The notes under the pieces were generated by a model that was not told the origin of the DNA, ran no database searches, and saw nothing but the letters and a program-made list of their open reading frames with translations. Positions 1 to 7,269 of a stretch of DNA of 29,568 nt are shown here, one piece after another. The stretch lies in the NCBI GenBank assembly GCA_003641465.1, contig QNAJ01000001.1, positions 1 through 29,568 on the forward strand. Direction: 5' to 3'. Every line of letters starts with the position of its first letter. Position 1 is the stretch's first letter. This stretch comes from Verrucomicrobiota bacterium (lineage in GTDB: Bacteria; Verrucomicrobiota; Kiritimatiellia; B70-G9). A program made the position numbers and the translations under genes.

Positions 1-18
1 CGATTTACATCCACGCTA

Positions 19-47
19 TTGCCCGGCCCATCCCCGCCAGCTATACT
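19..47 (+). promoter_or_regulatory. sigma70-type promoter for the 133..735 gene
   Basis: TTGCCC (19-24), 17-bp spacer, TATACT (42-47), upstream of ATG 133. Confidence 0.6.
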
Positions 48-132
48 TGCACCGGCCGATAGACGGGATGGGATGTCCCCTTCCTGTCGGGAGGTCCACG
101 GCGAAGCAACCCAGAGGGAGTTTACGTAGGAC

Positions 133-735
133 ATGAGAAGAAGAAGCATATTTCTGCTTACTCTGCTGACGCTGATCCTTCCGCGCTGGTCATATGCCTC
201 CGGCGAAATCCGGACCCACTGGGCATACCACGACGACGCGGATGATATTGATGATCGCTGCGGCGAGACGGTTCCCGGCGAACGCTTCGCCTTCTTGGAC
301 TCGGAGTTCACTGTCATACCCGATGATCAACCTGTCATCCTGTATGTGCTTACTGACAAGGATTTTGCCGGAGACCGTGAAGAACAGGTGCTGGTGCGCT
401 GGTGGAACGGGGAGAAAGAACACTGGGTCATGGGGGCGTGGGTCAAGAATATCATTCTGGGTCCCGGATCCGTTGCGGGGACCTTTCACGGCCTGCCGGC
501 GCAGGGGGTAGTGACGGTGGATCTATGGAAAGTGGAGATCCCCGCGGAGCTGACCCGCCCGGGGGAAAACTATTATGCAATCCAGCTCAAGGGATGGTCG
601 GACGATCCGCGTACCGTCTACCTGCTGAGGGACATACCGGAGGAAAACCAGGGAAACTTGAATCCCCTGGGGCAGTACTGCACTGAGAAGCCGGCCTACA
701 TGGGCCACGATTGGAGCGTCACTATCAAGGAATGA
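133..735 (+). CDS. secreted hypothetical protein, 200 aa, possibly an Ig-like/CBM34-like beta-sandwich
   Basis: Basic-hydrophobic signal peptide (MRRRSIFLLTLLTLILPRWSYA); AGGA upstream of ATG; mature part alternates beta-strand-like segments (VILYVLTD, VLVRWWNG, LWKVEIP, YYAIQL). Confidence 0.75.
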   Translation: MRRRSIFLLTLLTLILPRWSYASGEIRTHWAYHDDADDIDDRCGETVPGERFAFLDSEFTVIPDDQPVILYVLTDKDFAGDREEQVLVRWWNGEKEHWVMGAWVKNIILGPGSVAGTFHGLPAQGVVTVDLWKVEIPAELTRPGENYYAIQLKGWSDDPRTVYLLRDIPEENQGNLNPLGQYCTEKPAYMGHDWSVTIKE

Positions 736-750
736 AACCACCTTTTCGGG

Positions 751-778
751 TTGCCAGAGGCGATCGCTGTGCTAATTT
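751..778 (+). promoter_or_regulatory. promoter for tRNA-Glu (and probably leuB-asd)
   Basis: TTGCCA (751-756), 16 bp, TG-n-TAATTT extended -10 (773-778), followed by a GC-rich discriminator-like stretch typical of stable-RNA promoters. Confidence 0.5.
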
Positions 779-793
779 ATTGCGGCCGAGGGC

Positions 794-871
794 GACCCCA
801 TCGTCTAGCCAGGTCTAGGACATCAGGTTTTCATCCTGAAAACACGGGTTCGAATCCCGTTGGGGTCGCCA
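794..871 (+). tRNA. tRNA-Glu (anticodon TTC)
   Basis: Acceptor stem GACCCCA/TGGGGTC; D-arm GTCT...GGAC; anticodon arm TCAGG-TTTTCAT-CCTGA; T-arm ACGGG-TTCGAAT-CCCGT; encoded G-CCA end. Confidence 0.97.
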
Positions 872-912
872 AATTTTCGTCTTAAGTTCAGTCGGCGGGC
901 GGGAGCAGGGAT

Positions 913-1995
913 ATGCACAAGGACCTGAAGATCGCTGTAATTCCGGGAGACGGAACCGGGCCCGAAGTGACCCGCGAAGCAGTCAAAGTGCTCCAGGCGG
1001 CCTGCGGAAAGCACCGAATCCGACTCTCTCTTGAGGAATACGATTTCGGGGGCGAGCGATACAAACGTACCGGTGAACTCCTTCCGGACAGTGCACTGGA
1101 AGAACTGCGGAGCTTCGACGCCATTCTGCTGGGTGCCATCGGGCACCCGGATGTCAAGCCCGGCATACTGGAGAAAGGCATTCTTCTACGGCTCCGCTTC
1201 GAGCTGGACCAGTACATCAATCTGCGTCCCGTGAAACTGTATCCCGGGGTGTGGACCCCTCTCAGAGACAAGGGTCCTGAGCACATTGATTATGTGGTGG
1301 TCCGGGAAAACACCGGCGGCCTCTACAGCGGGGTCGGGGGAGTTTCGATGAAGGGAACCGCCCATGAAATGGCTGTCCAGAGTATGGTATACAGCCGGTT
1401 CCAGGTTGAACGGTGTCTGCGGTATGCGTTCGAATATTGCTGGCGCCGGAACCGCTCGAAAACCCTTACGCTGGTGGGCAAGACCAATGTCCTGACCTTT
1501 GTTTACGATCTGTGGGAGAGAGCTTTCCACCAGATCGGTGAAACTGACTATCCGGATATCAAACGGGACTACTGTCATGTAGACGCCTTCTGTATGTGGG
1601 CGGTGAAGAATCCCGAATGGTTCGACGTGGTGGTTACCGGCAACATGTTTGGTGATATCATCACCGATCTGGGGGCGATCACCCAGGGCGGTATGGGGAT
1701 TGCCGCCGGAGGTAACATCAATCCCGAAGGAGTAAGCATGTTCGAACCCATCGGGGGATCCGCACCCAAGTACACGGGCAAAAACATCATCAACCCTCTG
1801 GCGGCGATCTGTGCGGCGATGATGATGCTGGAACATCTCGAAGCCCGGGAGGCCGCTGCGGATATTGAAAGGGCGGTGAAGTTTGTTACCGGACATCGCC
1901 TGAAAAGCCTGGCGGCCGGCAGGATGGGATACTCCACAACCGAAGTCGGTGATATGGTCGCCCGGTTTGTGGTTGAAGCGCCACCCCAGGAATAG
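913..1995 (+). CDS. leuB: 3-isopropylmalate dehydrogenase
   Basis: IAVIPGDGTGPEV, DAILLGAIGHP, LRFELDQYINLRP, VVRENT, GNMFGDIITD, FEPIGGSAP motifs of the IDH/IPMDH family with LeuB-type substrate loop. Confidence 0.93.
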   Translation: MHKDLKIAVIPGDGTGPEVTREAVKVLQAACGKHRIRLSLEEYDFGGERYKRTGELLPDSALEELRSFDAILLGAIGHPDVKPGILEKGILLRLRFELDQYINLRPVKLYPGVWTPLRDKGPEHIDYVVVRENTGGLYSGVGGVSMKGTAHEMAVQSMVYSRFQVERCLRYAFEYCWRRNRSKTLTLVGKTNVLTFVYDLWERAFHQIGETDYPDIKRDYCHVDAFCMWAVKNPEWFDVVVTGNMFGDIITDLGAITQGGMGIAAGGNINPEGVSMFEPIGGSAPKYTGKNIINPLAAICAAMMMLEHLEAREAAADIERAVKFVTGHRLKSLAAGRMGYSTTEVGDMVARFVVEAPPQE

Positions 1996-2004
1996 AAAAG
2001 GTTC

Positions 2005-3045
2005 ATGAAAATGTCGGCAGGCGAAGGATACAGCGTTTGTGTCGTAGGCGTGGGGGCGGTGGGAAAAGAGATGATCCGCCTGCTGCGGGAGCGACAGTTT
2101 CCCATCCGTTCCCTGAAGATACTGGCCCGCCGTTCCCGGGTGGAAAACATCTTTGGCACCGACTATGAAGTGCGTGCGGCCTCCCAAGATGAGTTCAGCG
2201 GTGTGGACCTTGCGTTTTTCGCCGGCACCGAAGGCGCCAAGGGGGCCTCGCGGCGCTTCGGGTGGGCAGCGGGGGAACAGGGAGGCGTAGTAGTTGACAA
2301 CGGCGATGATTTCCGGATGGACGAGCGCGTCCCGCTGGTCATACCGGAGATCAATGCCCATGCATTGGAAAAACACCGGGGATTCATTGCCAATCCCAAT
2401 TGTACGACCATCATCACCCTTATGGCGGTAGCTCCGATACATCGCGCGGCGGGCGTGCGACGCATGGTAGCCTGCTCCTATCAGGCGGTGTCGGGCAGCG
2501 GATCGGCGGCGATAGCCGAACTGGAAGAACAGGTCAGAGCCTACTGCGCGGGCCAGGCCGTGGAAGCCAAAGTTTATCCGCGCCCGATAGCCTTCAGCGT
2601 TCTACCGGTCATCGGAAGCGCAGACGCCAACGGCGTAACCAGCGAGGAAGCCAAGCTCCGCCGGGAGACCCACAAGATCCTCGGCGACAGCTCTATCCGC
2701 GTGACGGCCACCTGCGCCCGCGTGCCGGTGTTCAACGGTCACTCCGTGGCAGTGCATCTTGAACTGGAAAATGCGCTGAGCCCTGAAAACGCGCGGCGCC
2801 TTCTCGCCGCCGCACCCGGGGTGCGGGTCGTGGATGATCTGGCCGGAAACCTCTTCCCTACCCCGCAGGACGCTTCCGGCTGCGAAGAGGTATTGGTGGG
2901 CCGTATCCGGCGCGACGACACGGTGGAACACGGCCTCAGCCTCTTCGTCTGCGGGGACAACCTGTGGAAAGGGGCGGCACTGAATGCCGTCCAGATCGCT
3001 GAAGAACTGGTCCGCCGTGGCAGGCTCAAGCCACAGTCCGATTGA
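2005..3045 (+). CDS. asd: aspartate-semialdehyde dehydrogenase
   Basis: N-terminal Rossmann (VVGVGAVG), FRMDERVPLVIPEIN, catalytic NPNCTT, SYQAVSGSG, RVPVFNGHS, GRIRRD, DNLWKGAALNAVQIAE. Confidence 0.93.
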   Translation: MKMSAGEGYSVCVVGVGAVGKEMIRLLRERQFPIRSLKILARRSRVENIFGTDYEVRAASQDEFSGVDLAFFAGTEGAKGASRRFGWAAGEQGGVVVDNGDDFRMDERVPLVIPEINAHALEKHRGFIANPNCTTIITLMAVAPIHRAAGVRRMVACSYQAVSGSGSAAIAELEEQVRAYCAGQAVEAKVYPRPIAFSVLPVIGSADANGVTSEEAKLRRETHKILGDSSIRVTATCARVPVFNGHSVAVHLELENALSPENARRLLAAAPGVRVVDDLAGNLFPTPQDASGCEEVLVGRIRRDDTVEHGLSLFVCGDNLWKGAALNAVQIAEELVRRGRLKPQSD

Positions 3046-3047
3046 GC

Positions 3048-3218
3048 CTACTGCTCGTTGAAACCCGGAAAGAACGGGGCCCCCTCCCAGGGTTGCGGCG
3101 TATTCCACGGCAATTCGGAATCGTTATCCCCCGTCCCGGGGGTCGCACACCCCGCCACTACTGCAGACAGCAGTACCCCCATCAACAGAAAAAGCCCCCG
3201 AATAATTGCCTGTCTCAT
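3048..3218 (-). CDS. small lipoprotein, 56 aa (not in ORF track)
   Basis: Read by hand: MRQAIIRGLFLLMGVLLSAVVAG-CATPGTGDNDSELPWNTPQPWEGAPFFPGFNEQ*; lipobox VAGC; ATG overlaps upstream TGA (ATGA coupling at 3215-3218). Confidence 0.8.
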   Translation of the reverse strand: MRQAIIRGLFLLMGVLLSAVVAGCATPGTGDNDSELPWNTPQPWEGAPFFPGFNEQ

Positions 3219-3343
3219 GGTGCTGCCGCGGCGGCGGGTTTCGCCCCGTAGTAGCGGAGTTCCGCATACTGCAGGCCGATGAGCACCAGATAAAGCAGAA
3301 CCGCAATCAGCGCCAACACCGCCAGATTCCTAGTAGAGAACAC
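3215..3343 (-). CDS. small single-pass membrane protein, 42 aa (not in ORF track)
   Basis: Read by hand: GTG start 7 nt after AGGAGG; MFSTRNLAVLALIAVLLYLVLIGLQYAELRYYGAKPAAAAAP*; one clear ~20-aa hydrophobic helix; overlaps the end of the upstream gene and the start of the downstream gene. Confidence 0.75.
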   Translation of the reverse strand: MFSTRNLAVLALIAVLLYLVLIGLQYAELRYYGAKPAAAAAP

Positions 3344-4157
3344 GGTCGCCCTCCTGTACGGGAAGCCGCTCCCAGTCCCTTACGATCTCAGCAATCGAAA
3401 ACTTCTCCCGCACCGTGCTGACCCGTACCTTGCCTACCAGCCGGTCACCCCGGTGAACCAATAGCTCTATATTGGGCACCAGACCATCCTTACTGCCCAG
3501 ATCCACCACCACGAAGTTCCAGGGCCGGTTCACGATCAGCACGTTTCCGCTGAGTCCCCGGGGTACCGCCGCAGCTATGCGCTCGCCCAGGCGTGCTTCC
3601 AGATCGCGCACGGTGTGCTCCAGTGCGGTAACCTGATCCGCCAGGTCGCGCGCCTCGTCCTGTGCCCGCGCCAATTCTTCCCGCGTATCCTGCACCTCGC
3701 GCTCCAGCAGAGCCTTGTCATCCTGCAGCTGCTGGATCCTGGCCTGGGCCTGGGCCAGCTCGACTTCCTTGGTCTCCAATTGCGAACTGAGCGAGGCGAT
3801 CTGATCCTTGGCGTCCTTCAGCTCAGACTGTACCGCCGCCAGCTCCTGCTGGACCGAGTCCAGCTCATTGCGGGCCTTTTCCAGATCGGCCTTGGTGTTC
3901 TGTACGCTCTCGTAGGTGTTGTCCGCGACCGCGGCCACCTGCGCCAGCGGACCTTGCATGCGGTTATAGTCAGCCAGGGCAGCAACGTCGAGATCCTCCA
4001 CGTGCAGCTTCTCAGCAATCTGGATGACCGCTTCCTGGAAACGATCAGCCCGGCCGCGCAACTCCTCGCGCTTGGCAAAAAGCATGAGCCCCAATGACAG
4101 GGAAAGAACACTCAAGACGAGGAGCACCACGATAAGGGGTTTCAGCAGCTTTGCCAT
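3330..4157 (-). CDS. membrane-anchored coiled-coil protein with C-terminal beta-barrel (MreC/FlgT-C-like), 275 aa
   Basis: N-terminal TM helix; ~130-aa heptad region (ESVQNTKADLEKARNELDSVQQEL...); C-terminal NFVVVDLGSKDGL...LVGKVRVSTVREKFSIAEI; GGGAG SD. Confidence 0.85.
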   Translation of the reverse strand: MAKLLKPLIVVLLVLSVLSLSLGLMLFAKREELRGRADRFQEAVIQIAEKLHVEDLDVAALADYNRMQGPLAQVAAVADNTYESVQNTKADLEKARNELDSVQQELAAVQSELKDAKDQIASLSSQLETKEVELAQAQARIQQLQDDKALLEREVQDTREELARAQDEARDLADQVTALEHTVRDLEARLGERIAAAVPRGLSGNVLIVNRPWNFVVVDLGSKDGLVPNIELLVHRGDRLVGKVRVSTVREKFSIAEIVRDWERLPVQEGDRVLY

Positions 4158-4213
4158 GGCTCCCTTCCTCGTTCCAAACTGGTGGTGTAAGAGACTCTGC
4201 GCTTCACATACTG

Positions 4214-4242
4214 ATAGTATGGAGGCCCGTTCATGCTGTCAA
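4214..4242 (-). promoter_or_regulatory. near-consensus sigma70 promoter for the coiled-coil operon
   Basis: Minus strand TTGACA (4242-4237), 17 bp, TACTAT (4219-4214). Confidence 0.75.
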
Positions 4243-4296
4243 ATACCATCTGCCGGTCCAGCCGGTAACCTGCGCAGCCGTCAAGGGATTCAACGG

Positions 4297-4325
4297 TTGC
4301 GCCCGGCGCGGTGTCCACCTATATT
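4297..4325 (+). promoter_or_regulatory. sigma70-type promoter for the DUF1573 operon
   Basis: TTGCGC (4297-4302), 17 bp, TATATT (4320-4325), upstream of the GGAGGT SD and ATG 4361. Confidence 0.6.
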
Positions 4326-4360
4326 ACCTGCCATCTTTCAAAGAGAGGCGGAGGTGCACG

Positions 4361-5335
4361 ATGACCAGAAACAATCGGCTGCTCCTGATTCTCCTGCTGC
4401 TTGTATGCGGCAGCCTTTCCGCTGGTGAATCCCAGCACGCTCCGCGCATCGTCTGCGATGAACCGGTCTATGATTTCGGGGAACGGGATAACCGCGGGGT
4501 GGTCGAACATACCTTCACAATCCGCAACGAGGGAGACCTCACCCTGGAAATCAGCCGGGTCCGATCCTCCTGCGGTTGTACCGTGGTGCAGACCAGCAGC
4601 CGATCCGTCCCGCCGGGAGGATCCGCCCAGATTACGGCGCGTTTCAATCTACGCGGACGACGCGGACCTCAGCACAAGACAATCACCGTCGAAAGCAACG
4701 ATCCACGGCAACCGCGCCTCCTGCTTCACCTGCAGGGGACCGCCGTCCAGGAAATGAACCTGTCGCCGGATAGATTCTTTTTCGGTCAGACCAGCGCTGC
4801 CGAACCGGTCTCCCGTACGGTGACGATCAGCAGCGCGACGGTGACCTTCCACATTACCAATATCACCTGCAACAGCGCCCTGGTGAATGTGGATTCTGAG
4901 GTCGTGGAGGAGGGACATACCTACCGGCTGACCGCGCGGCTCAAAAACGCCGTTCCGGAGGGAAGCTTCCACGCCAATGTACGCGTTTACACTGATTCGG
5001 CGAAATACCCCACCATTGATCTGCCTGTCTGGGCAAAAGTCACCAGCGCCATAACCACGGCGCCCCGCGAGCTGGTGGTGCCTTCCCAGGGGCCCGTTCT
5101 GACCCGCTACATCGTGCTGCGCGAAACCGGCGGACACGCCTTCCACATCACCAACGTAAGCGTCCCTCAACCTGGCATCACCGTCACTACCAACAACTTC
5201 CCCGGCGGCGGCTACCGGGTCACCCTTTCCAATATTCAGCCTTCCCCGGAGCTGCGGGACACCGAGGTGATTATCGAAACTGACCACCCGCAGATGCCCC
5301 GGGTTACCATACCGTTCCGCGTACTGAGCATGTGA
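4361..5335 (+). CDS. DUF1573-domain secreted Ig-like protein, 324 aa
   Basis: Start moved to ATG 4361 (GGAGGT SD, signal peptide MTRNNRLLLILLLLVCGSLSA); YDFG...HTFTIRNEGD..LEISRVRSSCGCT...TITVESNDP is the DUF1573 signature, followed by further Ig-like repeats. Confidence 0.85.
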   Translation: MTRNNRLLLILLLLVCGSLSAGESQHAPRIVCDEPVYDFGERDNRGVVEHTFTIRNEGDLTLEISRVRSSCGCTVVQTSSRSVPPGGSAQITARFNLRGRRGPQHKTITVESNDPRQPRLLLHLQGTAVQEMNLSPDRFFFGQTSAAEPVSRTVTISSATVTFHITNITCNSALVNVDSEVVEEGHTYRLTARLKNAVPEGSFHANVRVYTDSAKYPTIDLPVWAKVTSAITTAPRELVVPSQGPVLTRYIVLRETGGHAFHITNVSVPQPGITVTTNNFPGGGYRVTLSNIQPSPELRDTEVIIETDHPQMPRVTIPFRVLSM

Positions 5336-5847
5336 TGGGGGCACCTTCAAGATTCCTGCGCATCCCGGCTGAATGGATCCCTTCCCGGGCACTCGCCGGC
5401 CGTGTATTGGCGATCCTGGCAGCGGCGGCGGTCCTGGCATCGGTTGCCAACAGCCTGTCGCCCAGAGGGATACCGTGGATCAAAGATTGGTCGCATCACT
5501 TGGAAAAGCAGGCATTCGAAGAAGGATTCGCGGTAATAACGTGGCATCGGATGAGGGAAGTCGTAGATCGCAGAAATGCGATCATATTTGACGCACGGTC
5601 CCTGGCCGATTACGACCGGGGCCACTTACCTGGCGCACTCCCGTTCCCGGAGGCACATCGGGAAAAATTTCTGGAGCAATACGTCTCGCTGCTCGACAAA
5701 GGAACACTCATTGTGGCTTACTGCTCCGGTAGCGAATGTGACGACTCCCTCCAACTCCTGCGTTTCTTGAAATCTGCAGGATGTACCAATCTGGCACTTT
5801 ACGTCGGAGGTTGGGAGGAATGGCAGACCCTGCACAGCGAAAGGTGA
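5335..5847 (+). CDS. membrane-anchored rhodanese-like domain protein
   Basis: TGATG coupling with the upstream gene; N-terminal hydrophobic helix; IIFDARS..DY..GHLPGA and active loop AYCSGSEC, LYVGGWEEW. Confidence 0.88.
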   Translation: MGAPSRFLRIPAEWIPSRALAGRVLAILAAAAVLASVANSLSPRGIPWIKDWSHHLEKQAFEEGFAVITWHRMREVVDRRNAIIFDARSLADYDRGHLPGALPFPEAHREKFLEQYVSLLDKGTLIVAYCSGSECDDSLQLLRFLKSAGCTNLALYVGGWEEWQTLHSER

Positions 5848-6266
5848 TCCGAGCCGCAAGGTGGGTGCACTTATGCTGTGCATTCGCGCTGGGCGCAGTA
5901 TTCATCGCTGCATCCATCCCCAAGATCCTGCACCCGGAGGCGTTTGCACTTGCGGTCTTCCGCTATCATCTGCTGCCGGATCTCATGATCAATCCACTGG
6001 CGATCTATCTGCCCTGGCTGGAACTCACCTGCGGCCTGCTGATCGCCTTCGTACCCCGCTGGCGGAGGGCAGCGGCCTTGCTCATCATGGGCATGCTGCT
6101 GGTATTTTCGGCGGCGATCTCCATAAACCTCGCACGCGGGCTGGACATATCCTGCGGGTGCTTTTCGGTTGACCCCCGACACGGGCGTATAGGAGTGTTA
6201 AATATCGCGCGTAATCTGGTTCTGCTGGCGATGAGCGCCGCGGTCTATCTGACCGGTAGAGAATAG
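5844..6266 (+). CDS. MauE/DoxX-family membrane protein
   Basis: GTGA overlap with the rhodanese stop; LGAVFIAASIPKI.HP..F, LPWLELTCGL, RGLDISCGCF motifs. Confidence 0.85.
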   Translation: MIRAARWVHLCCAFALGAVFIAASIPKILHPEAFALAVFRYHLLPDLMINPLAIYLPWLELTCGLLIAFVPRWRRAAALLIMGMLLVFSAAISINLARGLDISCGCFSVDPRHGRIGVLNIARNLVLLAMSAAVYLTGRE

Positions 6267-6274
6267 ACAGCCGG

Positions 6275-7246
6275 ATGGAGACGTCTCACGCACAGATTCG
6301 TATGCTTGGCCTGAGCGTGGCCTTGACCCTCGGTCTCTGCTGCCGGGTGTCGGCTCGTGACCGTTCCGAAAGTATGACTATGCGGGATTTCCTTGCACAG
6401 ATGAAAGATCCGCGCAGCTTCTTTCTGCGGGTCCTTCCCGGCGAATCCGGGGCGGTCATTGTCGGCGGTAACCGGTTGCACCCTAACGAGTTCGCACGAC
6501 TGCGCTTGATCAGCAGCAAACGCAGCCGCGCTCCGCTGGTCACCGTGGCCGGAATCAAGACGAAACCCGTGACCGCGCTGATTGATCCTTCCAGTACTTG
6601 GTCGTGGATGACGCTTCCGACCGCGGTCAAACTGCAGGCCACACCGTTGAGCGGCATCCCCTTCCAGTCTCCCGGTCATCTTCTCGACTCAGGAATAAGC
6701 GGAGTGGCATGCCGCGTCAGCACGCTTCTTATGGATACACTCCGCGTGGAGTCCGCACTGGTTCTCGCCACAGGAACCGCATCCCTGGGAAGCCTGGAAC
6801 GCAACTGCCGTCCCGCACCGGAAATGGTGATTGGCGCAATTCTTCTTTCGCGCTTCAGGTCGCTGTCCTTCGACTTCCGCCAGAGGAAATTCATGGCCGC
6901 CAGCACATTTCCTTATCAGCCGAATCCCGCGAAGCTGGTAGGCAGCGGCGTCTTCCGTTGGGAGGGCACGCTGCCGCTGGTGGAGGCCCGTGTAAACGGT
7001 ATTCCGCGCGATCTGGTCTTCGATCCGGCCGGAGACTACGCACTGTTGCTTCCCGAACTTCGCGAAACGGCAACGGTGAGACAATTGACTATCGGGGATC
7101 TGGTATTGCGGTCGGTGGAGGCGATTCCCCGTACTGATCCGCCACTGGCGCCGCCATCCTACGGAAGACTCGGCCGGCGGTGTTTCGATGATCTACGCGT
7201 GACTGTGGTCAACCCGCCCGGCCGTATCTATTTCGAACGCCCTTGA
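6275..7246 (+). CDS. secreted tandem retropepsin-like (aspartyl protease fold) protein with altered catalytic motifs
   Basis: Signal-like N-terminus; two repeats each with hydrophobic-D-x-x (ALIDPSS, LVFDPAG) and a downstream psi-loop (MVIGAILLSRF..LSFDF; GRLGRRCF..LRVTV). Confidence 0.65.
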   Translation: METSHAQIRMLGLSVALTLGLCCRVSARDRSESMTMRDFLAQMKDPRSFFLRVLPGESGAVIVGGNRLHPNEFARLRLISSKRSRAPLVTVAGIKTKPVTALIDPSSTWSWMTLPTAVKLQATPLSGIPFQSPGHLLDSGISGVACRVSTLLMDTLRVESALVLATGTASLGSLERNCRPAPEMVIGAILLSRFRSLSFDFRQRKFMAASTFPYQPNPAKLVGSGVFRWEGTLPLVEARVNGIPRDLVFDPAGDYALLLPELRETATVRQLTIGDLVLRSVEAIPRTDPPLAPPSYGRLGRRCFDDLRVTVVNPPGRIYFERP

Positions 7247-7269
7247 AGTGTACCTGCCTGGTATACGGC

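Noticed and set aside
54-132. Riboswitch in the 5' UTR of the first gene
   Set aside because: A hairpin is possible at about 62-88, but I could not match conserved cores of SAM, c-di-GMP, TPP, ZTP or fluoride aptamers; an Rfam/Infernal search would settle it
872-912. Genomic island integrated at tRNA-Glu
   Set aside because: No duplicated tRNA 3' end elsewhere in the window; housekeeping genes follow directly
1735-1775. LeuB EPIGGSAP instead of EPxHGSAP as a sign of new specificity
   Set aside because: The remaining LeuB substrate residues are intact and I recall this variant in other LeuB clades; insufficient evidence
1186-2442. Long antisense or alternate-frame ORFs (also 4649..5440, 8155..9093, 8681..9481, 21906..22778, 24730..25929, 28752..29504)
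   Set aside because: Shadows of well-supported genes, expected in high-GC DNA; no motifs
4151-4360. Upstream extensions in the ORF track (4151, 5781, 19958, 22894, 25860 starts)
   Set aside because: They run over promoters or neighbouring genes; downstream starts have SD or coupling overlaps and restore signal peptides
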